From Eledone cirrhosa (Eukaryota), in NCBI GenBank assembly GCA_964016885.1, contig OZ024748.1:48484001-48548000 (forward strand): a DNA stretch of 64,000 nucleotides, in the 5' to 3' direction. Under the pieces are notes generated by a model, which saw nothing but the letters and a program-made list of their open reading frames with translations, was not told the origin of the DNA and ran no database searches. How positions within the stretch are numbered: the stretch's first letter is position 1; each line of letters opens with the position of its first letter. Made by a program: the position numbers and the translations under genes. Of this stretch, positions 26,045 through 39,538 are shown one piece after another.

Positions 26045-27130
26045 CATTAGCGCAAGGCCAGCAATTCAGGGGAAGGGAAAAGTCGATATCGACCCCAGGA
26101 CTTAACTGGTACTTTATCTTATCAAATGTGAAAGAATGACCTTGGCCAGATTTAAACTCAAAACGTAAGTTGTAATTAAATGTTGCAAAACAGTTTGTCA
26201 GAAGCTCGACCGATACTGCCAATCCACTGCCTTTTTTCAAATAATTGTTTCTACTTTAGGCACAAGGCCAGCAATTACCCAGTGCATTACTGGTACTTTA
26301 TTTTATCGACCCCGTAAGGATGAAAGGCAAAGTCAACCTCGGCGGGATTTGAACTCAGATCGTAAAGGGACGTAACTATGCTGGAAAGCATGGCGTCCGA
26401 CCCTCTACCGATACTGCTAATCCACCGCCTTCCCCTGCCTTTTTTCAAATAATAATTGTTTCTACTTTCGTCACAAGGCCAGAAATTTTGAAGGAAAGGG
26501 GGAAAGTTGATTAAATCAACTCAGTACGTTACTGGTACTTTATTTTATCGACCCTGTAAGGATGAAAACCAAAGCTAACCTCAGTCGGATATGAACTCAA
26601 AACATAAACGGCCGTAACAATATGCTGCTCTACCGATACTGCCAATCCACTGTCCTTCTTCAAATAATGGTTTCTGATTTAGGCACAAGGCCAACAATTT
26701 TTTTTGGGGGGGGGAGAAAGTCGATTAAATTGACCCCAGTGTGTTACTGGTGCTTTATTTTATCGACCACGTAAGGATGAAAGGCAAAGCTAACCTTGGT
26801 GGGATTTGAACTCAAAACGTAAAGGGACATAACTATGCCGCCAAGCATGTCTGATGTTCTATCGATACTACCAATCCACCGATTTTTATTTTTTTCAAAC
26901 AATAATAATAATAATAATTTCTAACATAATTTACATATTCATAAGTTCAAGGGGAGGTGTACGAAGAATCCATTCGATCGACTACAATATATGACTGATA
27001 TCTATTTTATCAAACCCAGAACACTGAATGACGAAAAGTCGAGGCCAAGCAAGATTTGAACTCAAAATGTAAAGGGACATAACTAAACACTGCAAAGCAT
27101 TTTGTGCGCAGCCTTACCGATCTTGACAAA
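26045..27130 (-). mobile_element. Cluster of five co-oriented family-1 SINEs of different ages
   Basis: Copies at ~26045, 26241, 26452, 26665 and 26950. Confidence 0.85.
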
Positions 27131-30100
27131 CCCATAATAATAATTTATTTCTTCACTTTACCAATAACACAGATGCAAGCATTAAAATAAAATTGTTTAA
27201 AAATAACAAATAAAAAAAACGCGATGGGCATATACATATATATATATATATAAATGTTAGTATAAATATATTTGAAGCTATATGAATATACAATTTATAT
27301 GTGCCATTTATTTTATTTTATGATAATATTATTTTGCTTTATTTGTAGATTATATTTTATTACACACACACAGTTTAGTTTTCAAATAGACGAATTTAGC
27401 GAAGTTCATAAGTTTGTCTACTTCTATGCTCTAATATGATTTATTAGAATAAAAATTGGATTAAGTAATAATAAAAGCGTATTTACCAAAACAAATTATA
27501 AGTTGGGTAAAATAAATATATATATATATATAACAAACTTTTGGGAGATTCTTACTTTCGGAAATGCCAAAATCAATGATTATTTATCTACAAGGGAGAT
27601 AACTCTAACATAGTTTTGACATGTTAAGTTTTAATTTCCTACAAATATCCTACAGGTCGGCAAATGTATGTTTATGTCTTATGAGGAATAAACCAACATT
27701 TTAGGAAGGCCCACAAGTTTCAACTCTTATAGAGCTACGAGCAACTTTAGGGCAACATTCAACAACGACTACTTCTGGGGTTGTGATAGAAATGTAAGCT
27801 TCATACTGAAAACAATTGATGAAATATGGAAGACTACTAACTAAAGATTGAAATGTAATATTCTATCAATATTATTATTTGTAAATCTGTAATAATAATC
27901 GATAACCATAGATAAAGGTTAAGAAAACTGTAAATTACCCTTAGAGACGACAGAAAAAAGTGTACATAGGCAGCTACGAGAAATGGAACATCGTATCTCG
28001 AAAACCAGAAAGAAGTGTCAGTCGCCCCTTAATGACCACACATTCACTCGGTATTTGAGAGCCACAGAGTTAGTCCGCACGGACGCTTCTCTCCATTTTA
28101 AACGTCTCTAAAGGCAGATTTGTTTTTCCAATTTTTCTCAACTATTAAGTGGTGGGGGATTGGCAATATCAGTATAGGGTCGGACACTATGCTTTGCAGC
28201 AGACTTTCTTTACGGTCTGAGTTCACTGAGGTTAACTGCCTTTCATCCTTACAGGGTCGATAAAGTAAAGCACCAGTAATGTTCTGGAGTAATTGCTGAC
28301 CTTGTGCCAAAAGTAAAAACAATTATTATCTAACGTGAAAGAATGACATCGGTGGGATTTATACTCAGAATGTCGTAGCTGCTGGTCCGATGTTCTGCAG
28401 AAAATGCTAACACACCATATTTCAAATAATAATAATTGTTTCTACTTTTAGCACAAGGCCAGCAATTTGAAGGGAAAGGAAAGTCGATTAAATCGATCCG
28501 TGTTCGACTGAGTTATTTTCTGCGTTTGGGACTCTCATATCCAAATTTCAAACACTCCAAGCACTTCCATAATTCATAAAATTTATTATTATTATTATGA
28601 TCTGAGTTCAAATCCCGCCGAGGTTAACTTTGCCTTTCATCCTTAAGGGGTCGATAAAATAAAGTACCAGGAAGGTACTGGGGTCGATTTAATCAATTTC
28701 CCCTCCTCAAAAATTGCTGGCCTTGTGCCTATATAAGAAGCCATTATTATTATTATTATTATTTTATTACGTCCCTTTACAGTCTGAGTTCAAATCCCGC
28801 CGAGGTTAACTTTGCCTTTCATCCTTACGGGGTCGATAAAATAAAGTACCAGTAATGTACTGGGTATTTGCTGGTCTTGTGCCTAAAGTAGAAACAATTA
28901 TTATTATTATTTTATATTTTTATATTTTCATTGTTAAATTAGTCTTGCCATTGTGCACTTTTACTCGACCTTATTGTAAACCCCCACTGTCCCTGTCTTT
29001 GTATTGTCCCCTACATGTCGGCCCTTGTGGCTAATAAATGAAATCATTATTATTATTATTACTAAGCGTTTATCGTGAGAGAGAGAGATCAATGGTTTTG
29101 TTTGCTGGAATTCTAATCTTTACTGTTGATCTCTTTCGTGTTTGTTGTTATTTTTGGCTTTTGTTTTTATCGAAATATCCACCGGCAGACTTTAAGTGAT
29201 ATATTATTTCTGCTTTTAAGATAATACGCTCTTTATATGCAATATAATTTCCCCTGATGCCATATTTAACAACGAACGTCTATGAATGACCGCAAAAATA
29301 ATATAAATTTGTGTTCGGAGAACGTGAATGAGAATATACACGCAGACACGTGAGCTCGTGTGTATATATACATACATTAAATACAGTACACGATAGATAT
29401 CCGTCTGTTTCGAGGACGAGTGTTCGATCGACGGAACAGCCTGTTCACGAAATTAACAATTATGCGGCTAAGCGAAACGTGTACCTTTAACGTAATTCTC
29501 AGTCCATTAACAAGGCCGACCCTTTGAATTACAGGTACAGTCAATACATTTGTTGGACTTCCGAAAAGTTTCCATTTCCCCAATTTCACATAAAAGGCTG
29601 ACATCCACATACAATAACCACATAATATACATATCTATCATCTCTATCTACACACACATACCCAATTTCACCCGCAAGGTATACCCTCACATAATTTACA
29701 CATTTCCCTATCTCTCTATATACACACACACATAAACATACATGCAATATAATTAATTAATCCTTAATGCTTTGATGATAACGCTCTAGATATACAAACG
29801 ATTGTGTGTCTGTGATAAATTATCTCTAGATAATTTTACTAACATCTAATGTCTTCTTAAAAATAGAAATGTAATGATTGTCCGTGAAATATAGATATGG
29901 ACTCCGCGATTTTTGGAAAAATCTTAAATGTCTGGGAAACAGTACAATACCTGAGACTACATCATCAATGATGTTTATTGGTTGAATCACACGAAAACTA
30001 CACACACACACATCTAAAGAGAGAGACACAGAGGGAGAGGCGGAAAGAGAGAGAGATAGACCGTTATACAAAGAGAGAGAGAAAGAGAGAGTAACGTCCC

Positions 30101-30198
30101 ACGAAAGTCTAAAAACGGCTTAAACTATAGATCCTTTGATCTAGAGGAAGGTTTAACAATATTGCGTTAGCTTTTATAAAGTATAATCATGACCATTA

Positions 30199-30236
30199 CG
30201 AGCTGAAGATCCGCTAAGGTGAAACGATTGTTCTTG
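30199..30236 (+). ncRNA. Minimal type I hammerhead ribozyme motif in a pLTR remnant (~30180-30335)
   Basis: cgag-CUGAAGA-uCCgcuaaGGu-GAAAC-GAUU-GUU-cuug. The flanks match the 9030-9120 copy (gtatggtgaactaactgttgtgttac). Confidence 0.8.
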
Positions 30237-31269
30237 GTATGGTGAACTAACTGTTGTGTTACCACTTCTACCTAACTCGTCCCATGGACTAAGTGCTCTA
30301 CCACTACGGATATTACCTTCCAGTGTTCTACCTCTCTCCCTATATATATATTAGTGTATGTGTGTGTGCGAGTTTGTGTCTAGTTTTTTGTGTTTGCACT
30401 GTTTAACAACCAGTGCCGTTTATGTCTCGTAACAATCTCAAAAAAGGCATCCTTACTTTTACAGCTCGAAATACATGAAAATCTCTCTCTGGGTTCATTG
30501 TGTATGCTCCTCCCCTCATAATGTATTTAAACTCAAGTCCATCCATACCACACATATTATATCTGTGTAAGGAAACTGCAGAAGAGGAAGAACTAGGAAA
30601 ACTGGGCTAAAGAGAGGACTCCAGCCATAGAAAACTTGCCAAATAAAGGGTTGAGAGATCTAATCAGTTGTGTCAAAGACATGACAATCTCACTCATAGT
30701 GGCACCATGATAAAGCGCACTCAGTACAGTTTGGAGAGAACAGACAAATAAGGTACCCCACCCACGCTCTTTCTCATCTGAGAGGTTAGTGGCTTTGGTT
30801 AAGAACTGACTTGGTCTGAGATGATCTGTCCAATACTTGCTAGCATTCAAGCAGTCATTACATGAAGATGCTGATGACACCTACATTAAACCAGCAAATG
30901 AGATTTTTACAAGGCTTGTAACTAACAAGCAGCCTACAGAGTCTCTAGAACAATTTTTTCAACCTTCACCTATTTAATCCAAACACAAAGTACTCTGTAG
31001 ATGATTGCAAAATCATAAAACAATTATTTTTATTATTACACCCATCTCAAAGACAGGTGTTACGGAATTCTTGGATAGGGTACCACAGAAAACAAGTAAT
31101 TTACGAGTTCAGAAGGCCATATTCATTCAAAGCACATCAAAAATTCTAACCAAACTTAACCAACTATCCTTAAAATTAAAATAAAAGTTTCACAATCACA
31201 TTCATCTCGGAGACAGGTGTAGAAATATAAATTTACCAATACAACATAGGACTAAATAACTCACTATAG

Positions 31270-31701
31270 AGAGCTTGGACTGTAGTAACTCAGTAGAGAG
31301 CTTCGGCTGCAGTGACTCAGTAGAGAACTTCAGCTGGAGTAACTCAGTAGAGAGCTTCGGTTGTAGTGACTCAGTAGAGAGCTTCAGCTGTAGTAACTCA
31401 GTTGAAAGCTTGGGCTGTAGTAACTCAGTAGAGAGCTTCGGTTGTAGTGACTCAGTAGAGAGCTTCAGCTGTAGTAACTCAGTTGAAAGCTTGGGCTGTA
31501 GTAACTCAGTAGAGAGCTTCGGCTGTAGTGACTCAATAGAAAGTTTAGACTGTAGTAGTAACTCAGTAGAAAGCTTGGGTTGTAGTAACTCAGTAGAAAG
31601 CTTGGGCTGTAGTAACTCAGTAGAAAGCTTGGGCTGTAGTGACTCAGTAGAAAGCTTGGGCTGTAGTGACTCAGTAGAGAGCTTGGGCTGTAGTGACTCA
31701 T
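31270..31701. repeat. 27-bp minisatellite (~16 units)
   Basis: Units of agctt(c/g)ggctgtagt(a/g)actcagtaga(g/a). This explains the CSNSVESLG ORF. Confidence 0.9.
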
Positions 31702-33580
31702 GATTTCTTGAACCTTAACATTTAAACTCCTCTTGATGATTTTGCAGAGCGTGCATTGATGAGTGTTTATACATGCTATGTCTCAACATTTATATTTTAA
31801 CAAGGCTGATACCTTGTATCTACTAGTACTTGTGATAAAAGAGTATCGGTAAATTGCTTTTTAAGCTTTGGGACAATTGCATCAATATACAAAACCTGGT
31901 GTTACAAAACCTGTGACATGTTTTAACAAGTGGTGAACCAAATTATCTCACAGAATAAATAACCTTAACTCTACCTACTCAAATTTAGATGACATCGTAA
32001 ATAGTAAGGGCAGTGGATTGGCAGTATCGGTAGAGTGTCAGATGCCATGCTTTGCGGCATAGTCAAGGCGCTCTATGTTCTGAGTTCAAATCCCGCTGAG
32101 GTTAGCTTTGCTTCTCATCCTTATGTGGTCAATAAAATAAAGTACCAGTAACACAGTGGGATCGATTTAATCAACTTTCTCCTCCCCCAAAAATTGTTGG
32201 CCTTGTGCCTAAATTAGAAACTATTATTGAAAACAGTAACTATACGGAAGATCGTGACAGAAATTTAAAGATATTGTGTCATGTGTCAAAAATCTGAATA
32301 TAATGTTTTCTGTTAAAAAATACATCTTTTAAGTAGACACCGTATCCTCATTACAAACCACAGTTAGTTTTGAGCAAGCTCGTATCAAAATCATTAAAGA
32401 GGTATTTTCTTTAATTGAAACTCCTAGCTCTACCCAGTGATAGAGGAACTCAATATTTCTCAGTGAGCAGACTTACTAATTATTGATTCAGTTCAAGACC
32501 TCAACAACACTTTTAGCTCTTCATTTCATGGCAATCCAATTCCTCAAGAGGGAGACTATTTAAACATTTTGCAACCAACCCATCCAAAACAGCCTTTGGT
32601 TGTATGATACAAAATCACACATTTTAAAGAGTTCTTATTTAACTCTTAACACCCTATAGTGATTTCGCAGAAAATACCTAAACATGGGTTTGTTAATTCA
32701 ACAGATTTATGGTATCTTTACTAATAAACAGATCACTGTAATCTAAAAGAAAAACTTCAATGTTTAATGGGATGCAGTCATAGTGCTGTTTTGTGCTTTG
32801 CAGTGCAGGATTTAGGGGTTAACATTATATATCGAACATAATTTGATGTCATTTTGTTAGGTTATGTTACAAATATTATGTTAAAGAAAGAATAAATAAT
32901 TTTGGTAAATCTCTCCAAATTTTTCATTAATTCAAAAACAAATGTAAAAATGATGATGATGATGGTTAAATATAAAATCCAAATCCAGATTAGATTTATT
33001 CTATTGCTGTTTTCATTTACAATCTCATAGTTTTTTGTTTTCATTCTTAAAGAAGGTGAAGAAGTGCCAAGAAATTCCAGTGGAAGGAAGCCACAGTAGA
33101 AGAAAGCCAAGGAAGACCTAGACAGAGGTGATGAGCTGATCTCAAATCACAAACTCACGGTGGAAATGATGAAGGATTGCAACATGTGGAGAGATGCTGT
33201 GCTAAAAAAGACTCATCTAACCCATACAAGCCTGAGAAAACAGACGTGATGCTGATGATGAAGGATGAATGTTGTGAATTTATGTATCAGGTGATGGGTA
33301 CGTTCTCTTTTACTCAAACTGGATATTGCACTGCATTATAGTTTGCTGAATTTGGTATATATGTCTTTTATAATTACTTTTTGGAGGGCCTTCTTCTGTG
33401 GAATAAACCTGTCAAGATTTGGAACATGCGAGCAATATGTGATCTTCTGACTTGTCTAGAAGGGCAGTAACCCCCGAACAAGAGTTTATTCAAACCATAA
33501 CCTGTCCAACTCAAACCAGCATGAAGAATTAATGTAAAATGACGACGTCTTCCATCCACATTAAAACATAGTCTATTCTT

Positions 33581-33930
33581 TTCTCCGACAGGTTTGCGGT
33601 TGTACTCCTGGCAGTGGAGACTTCTGGTGTCCTCGGCCCTAGGGCTACCTCCCTACTCACCACCATAGGCGCTGAGCTGGTGGCCAGCCGCAGGTGTGAG
33701 CTCCGCGAGTTGGAGTGGCTTTTCCAGCGCGACTCCCTTGCCGTCCTCCGAGGAAACGCCTTCTCCATTCTGACCGCCGGGGCTGTGAGGGGGCCCCATC
33801 GCGTATCATTCCATATTTAATTATGGTCGGTATGTGTATGTTTATGTTGTGGATGTTGAAGACGTAATTGTGTCTATACTAATAGATAAGATGTCGTAAT
33901 TTTGTACCATTTTAAAAAGGCAATAAATTC
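33581..33930 (+). mobile_element. CRE-like non-LTR element 3' end (restriction-like endonuclease C-terminus)
   Basis: LAVETSGVLGP...WLFQRDSLAVLRGNAFSILTAG, followed by aataaa. Confidence 0.75.
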
Positions 33931-34439
33931 GATGTATATTCAGTGTATATACTTTCACCCTAGACGTTAATTGAGGGAAATGTGGCTACTATTTATATAG
34001 CACGTCAAGCGACCATGTAGAAACCTCTTTGTTGATTTATATATAACTCATATAAAGCCATATCTCATGATACAAGCCGGATCAGGGAGGCAGGGCAAGT
34101 GGGTCAGTTGACACGGACCTATACCCTCAAGTTTCAGTTTATAATTTGTTTTGTTATTTTTAAGTACAGCATATACACTAGTGATTGACAACATTTATTG
34201 AATGAGCTCTTTTTTTCTTATAATAATAATAATGAAATATTGTGTACAGTGCTCAGGTGCACTACAACTCATCAAAAAGTGTATGTATAGTACATAGGGT
34301 AATGTACAAACATCAGGAAAATGAACAGTGCATGAGTCATGATATACACATAATAATGAAATTATTGTGTAAAGTACAGTTTAGTCAGTATAGAAAATCT
34401 CTGAATGTCCTGAAAGGCCTTTGACATTATATAAAAATA

Positions 34440-34770
34440 ATTGAGCAGTATCTAATAAAAACAAAATACTATTAAAAGAAACAAAAGAGAAGAAAAAAGA
34501 AAGAAGGATCAAGCGGCGAAAGAAAGGGAGGGGTACAGTCACTACACTCTTGCCTGTGCGGTGCCTCAGACGCGCCCAGCGGACAAAATGGAAAAAGCGT
34601 TACTGCGGAGACCACAGATACCCGCTGCAATAGCCACCCCACCTCACGAGGCGACCTCCTCAAGCGGTCGCCGTCTTTCCGAAGGAAATCAGAAGAGCAG
34701 GGACCAATGACGCCAGAGGTCTCGACGGAGGCCCATGCAAAGAGGTCGGTCAGGCCCTGGTGTGAATACC
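34440..34770 (-). mobile_element. CRE-like non-LTR element 3' end
   Basis: SVETSGVIGPCSSDFL...PREVGWLLQRVSVV/RSNAFSILSAG, with one frameshift. Confidence 0.75.
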
Positions 34771-36829
34771 CGTAGCCTATACATAAATATTATGTATTTT
34801 GTATTGATGAAAAGTTTGAAACGAGGCCTACATTTTACACCTGGTCTGAGCTTATATTTTATATCTGGTTTTCCGTGTACCCATAACGAAGGTTTACTTC
34901 AATCTGATACAAGCCGTCTGTTGACAAAAGCGAAAGTGAAGCGCTAAAGTCAGAGACCACCATTAACATTATTATGAATTAATTAATGGATAAAATTGTC
35001 AACGTAAAGTAATATTTAACATTACAAGCACGAGTTTAGGGTTAAGTGGCAAAAAGCGGCGTGTTTAAAAATGAAACCAACAATATTGAGGGAGCGTAAA
35101 AAGTATTTTGACTTTACTGATTACCGAAACGAATAAGTTTGTTTTAGCGTGATTTTTTAAACATTAACCCCGTTTTTTTAATAAATAAATGTTTGTATTT
35201 GAAACTGAAACAAAACCGTAGTAAATTTTTCACAAAATGAAACAACTTAATGAAAACAAAATATATTTAACGTTTCGTGTACATGTAAAAAAATAAATTC
35301 ATTTTAAAAACACGTGTAATAGAAAGAAGGGAAAACATTTAAAGGTGTTTATTGGAACAGGATTGAAAACTGACAAAAATGTTAAATGTTGATAAATAAT
35401 AAAACAATGATGTGCAGTAATCGGGGTGGGTGACTAAAACTTTCTATTGATTAGTAAAGAAAAAGTTAAAAACCAAACCAAATAAAAAACACAAAGATAT
35501 AGTTATTTTCGAAAATATTTAGAAAAATATTGGCTTGAATTAATAGATTTACCTCAGTTAAAAAGCTGTCCTCTTGACATTTAAAAACCATTTTTTCCCT
35601 AAATATATTTGTATATGTCCTGAATTAAACGATACTTGATATTATTTTAAAAAACACATGTAACGACAAAAAGAAGATAAATATAAGAGTAGACTCCGGT
35701 CTTCCGGTCAGGTTACAACCCATGAATTACGAAGGTAAATTCTCTGTCCTGCGAGAATAAGAATTTATAAATCAATTATGAAAAACGAATTATTTATATT
35801 TCACTTATTGAATTTTAAATGACGTATTATATTATATACGTGATTGTATAAGGATTATAAAAATGTTAACAATTAATTGGAAAAAAAAAGGTATAGATTT
35901 TTTAAATGTTTTGAAATTTAAAAGAAAAGCTAAATAGACTATTTTTTAATCATAAATTTAAATTGTATTTGCTTTAAATGTTTTTTTCTTTTTTCATTTT
36001 TTAGTAAAAAGTGAATTTTATAACAAGTGTGTTTGTGTACGTATAAAATAGAGTTATGTTTTCCTGGCGTAACATCTGTGTGGTTACATAGCAACACATT
36101 GATTATTCCTTCTACTACAGTTAGATACTGTAAACAAAATAAGGCGCACCTTAATTATTTATCTGAGATAATAAAAAAAAAAGGAAAGAATGTATTGCTA
36201 GTTTATTTTATTTAATTTAACGTATTTTCATCCCACCCACCTTACTTTACTTTTATATTGTGTATCTATCTACCCGTGCGAAAATCCTTATAATACCTCC
36301 GTGCTGTTTTTTCTGAAGTATAGACTACTAAGTTGAATAATGAACTTGTCTTAACTAATAACATCATAATCATATCTACATAAAACACGGGGTCAATTTT
36401 TAATCCTTTTGGTACCACACCGTCCCTGGTTCTATGATATAAATCTGTAAAACTAGACAGGTCAGATGACCACATCTTGCTTATGCGTTCCAACTATATA
36501 TAAATTCTGTTGGGTAAATCTATATCCTGATTCTTTTTGAATTGAGTTTGAATTATTTTTCCCACATCTTACGTTAACTATTTTCCCATTTTGACGCTAG
36601 AGTGACATATATTATGGAATACTGTTGGCTTCTTGCTACAATACTTTCTATACCTTTCATTTATATATATATATATATATATATAAATGTAAGTATGTAT
36701 GTATACGTACATATATATATATGTATACAGACGTACAGTAGTATGTATATATATATGTATATATATACATACATGCACATATATATATATATATATGTAC
36801 GTATGGGTTTACCGAACATATATTATAAT

Positions 36830-37003
36830 TGTTTCTACTTTAGGCACAAGGCCAGCAATTATCCAGTGCATTACTGGTACTTTATTTTATCGACCCCGTA
36901 AGGATGAAAGGCAAAGTCAACCTCGGCGGGATTTGAACTCAGATCGTAAAGGGACGTAACTATTCTGGAAAGCATGGCGTCCGATCCTCTACCGATACTG
37001 CCA
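36830..37003 (-). mobile_element. Family-1 SINE with a 20-bp TSD
   Basis: TSD taccgaacatatattataat at 36810-36829 and 37004-37023. Confidence 0.9.
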
Positions 37004-37216
37004 TACCGAACATATATTATAATATTCGGTAAACCCATACGTACATATATATGTATGTGTGCATGTATGTATATATATACATACTACTGTACGTCTGTAT
37101 ACATATATGTATGTACGTATACATACATACTTACATTTAAGTATCAACCGTACTAAGAGTGAGAAATGAAATATCGTTTCATTCTGTTCCATTTATATAA
37201 ATATATATATATATAT

Positions 37217-37451
37217 ATATTGTTATACTTTGGGAGGGTCATGTTGCCAATAAGAAACACACGCACCAGTTGCTTTCACTTCAATTTATTATATATTTAT
37301 AAATTTATAAATTTACAAATTTATAAATTTCTGGTTGAAATTTATAAATTTGTAAATTTATAAATTTATAAATATATAATAAATTGAAGTGAAAGCAACT
37401 GGTGCGTGTGTTTCTTATTGGCAACATGACCCTCCCAAAGTATAACAATAT
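37217..37451. mobile_element. Apparently perfect palindrome (115-bp arms, 5-nt loop) of a pLTR-like terminus
   Basis: Arms 37217-37331 and 37337-37451, loop tggtt. Single-arm homologs lie at ~1213-1288 (+) and ~14172-14340 (-). Confidence 0.85.
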
Positions 37452-37619
37452 CGGTTTCAACACACGATTTCAGATAAAGAATCTTGCTAAACAAATTCAG
37501 AAACGAAATATATATATATATATATATATGTGAATTAGAAAATAGAGTAAGAAGCCAGGACTATCCGTCATCAGTGATCTTCATAGGTATTTCTTCGCAT
37601 TAATGATCATATACCTCAG

Positions 37620-38378
37620 TTCTTTGCTATGGAGAACATACTACCCATGCTGTCGTTTGTGCTCCCATTTAGTGCACATTCTCGCAGCGTAGCCCAACAC
37701 ATAACTAGCATCAATAGGAATAGACTTAGGACATTTAGACAGACACCAGCTGATTCTCTAGACACCCAGCAGAGTCCGGACGGGGAAAGCAGTAGGCCCG
37801 GGTCTGACCCGAGTTACACTAATCTACCCAGGGACCCTGTGCATGTCACAGGGACAGACCGCTCCAACCTACTCACTGGGCACCCTGCAGTTGACCGCAT
37901 CATGTAACTGCTGAAACCCCGTCTCGTGCCCCCTTAGCAATAAATGCCTAGTGAAAAACTTAGTTTAGCAATACAGGGTTACTACCCCTATACATACACA
38001 CATATTCGACACATGTATACATAGGAGCAGTGTCAACGAGTTTCAAGAACAGGTGGTACAATCACGAGCACTCCTTTAATAGGATCGACAAACGGAAAAG
38101 TATAGTCCTTTCCGAACTGATCTGGAAGCTCAAGCTGGACAAGAACCCGTACTCTTTGGTCCAAGGTTAGGGAGGTACCCCCAGATGGATGCGGGTCTGG
38201 CATTTGCAGCCTCTGTCTGAGTGAGACCCTCGAGATACTCAGGGGTGGAATAAAAATAATCAATCGTATGGCAGATTTCTTTGGTGCATGCCAACACCTA
38301 AGAACGAGAACTTTCCTCAAGCTATATGGATACAATCCTATCACACTCAGTCCCAGATACACCAACCCCACCCACTGA
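37620..38378 (+). pseudogene. Penelope-like C-terminal GIY-YIG endonuclease, degenerate
   Basis: SCNC*NPVSCPLSNKCLVKNLV*QYRV / VYIGAVSTSFKNRWYNHEHSF...LSELIWKLK / CSLCLSETLEIL...INRMADFFGACQH. Contains stops and frameshifts. Confidence 0.85.
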
Positions 38379-38736
38379 TCCTATCTCTTCTCGTCTTTGT
38401 TAACATGTAAACGTATCTTGGAGCCGCATTACTTTGTCTTCGATTTCCTCTTTTTCTCCCTTCCTTAGTTCTACTCTACGTCTCTATCCACTAACTATTT
38501 AGCGAGATATATGTTGACAGAATCCAATCTTGGGTATCTAACCCCCCCCCCCCCCATCTTTACTCTCCAGGTTTCATCTTCTACCATTTGTTTATAATTT
38601 GATTTTCCTAAGGTCAAACTATCTCCAACCTAATTTATTTTGCTCATAAACGTCAATACAAACTGTGATAAGTAAATTACAAATGCTGCTCTTAATATAG
38701 ATTAGCACACATGTTATTTTCATTCTTCTAAAGAGT

Positions 38737-38837
<101 letters not shown>

Positions 38838-39306
38838 CGTGCGTATGTATTTACAATATGGATTATAATTTTAACACCATTTTTTATTATCATGACTCTC
38901 AATATTGATAAGCATACACATAGTCTCATAGCTGTGTATATATCTTTTAAATTCTCACTAACAATTCCAATACATTCTTTAATAACCAGTAGTAGTATTA
39001 TATTAACACTACTACCACCAATACAACTACAGAGGTGACAGAGACCAACAAACATTTCTAAAGAAACCGGGTATCTTCAGTTATTATTGTTGACTACTAA
39101 AAACAACTATAACCGATTGACCTGATTCCAGGACAATTGGTGACACTAAGAAGTTCATTAGACTTATTGTTGGAATGGCGAAACTAAATCTGACCAATGG
39201 GAAAAAACAACACCAAATTTCAGCCTGGAGCATATAAAAAAAAATCGAAATAACAGAAGTAAGCTTTATTCCATCATTGTTTTTGTTTTTTTCTCTTCTA
39301 ATTGTA

Positions 39307-39365
39307 GTTGTCTGATGAAGTCATAGCTGTTGCATATTGGTTATCACCGAAATATATATAACAGC
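39307..39365 (+). ncRNA. Type I hammerhead ribozyme motif
   Basis: guugu-CUGAUGA...auagcu/gguuau stem II...GAAAU-AUAU-AUA-acagc. Confidence 0.7.
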
Positions 39366-39538
39366 GAATATGGATAAAAGTAGTTAATTTTAAACTGTTG
39401 ACTTATACTTCTTGTTTGTAAGTTACTCCGGATTAAACAGCCCACCTGCGCACTTCGTTGAGTGCTCTACCTTGCATACTGAAGTGTCGGTAATAAGCCA
39501 ACATATACTCGAATTAATTATATATATATATATATAAA

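Noticed and set aside
31275-31703. CSNSVESLG repeat protein
   Set aside because: It is a 27-bp minisatellite read in frame, with no start context or unique flanks.
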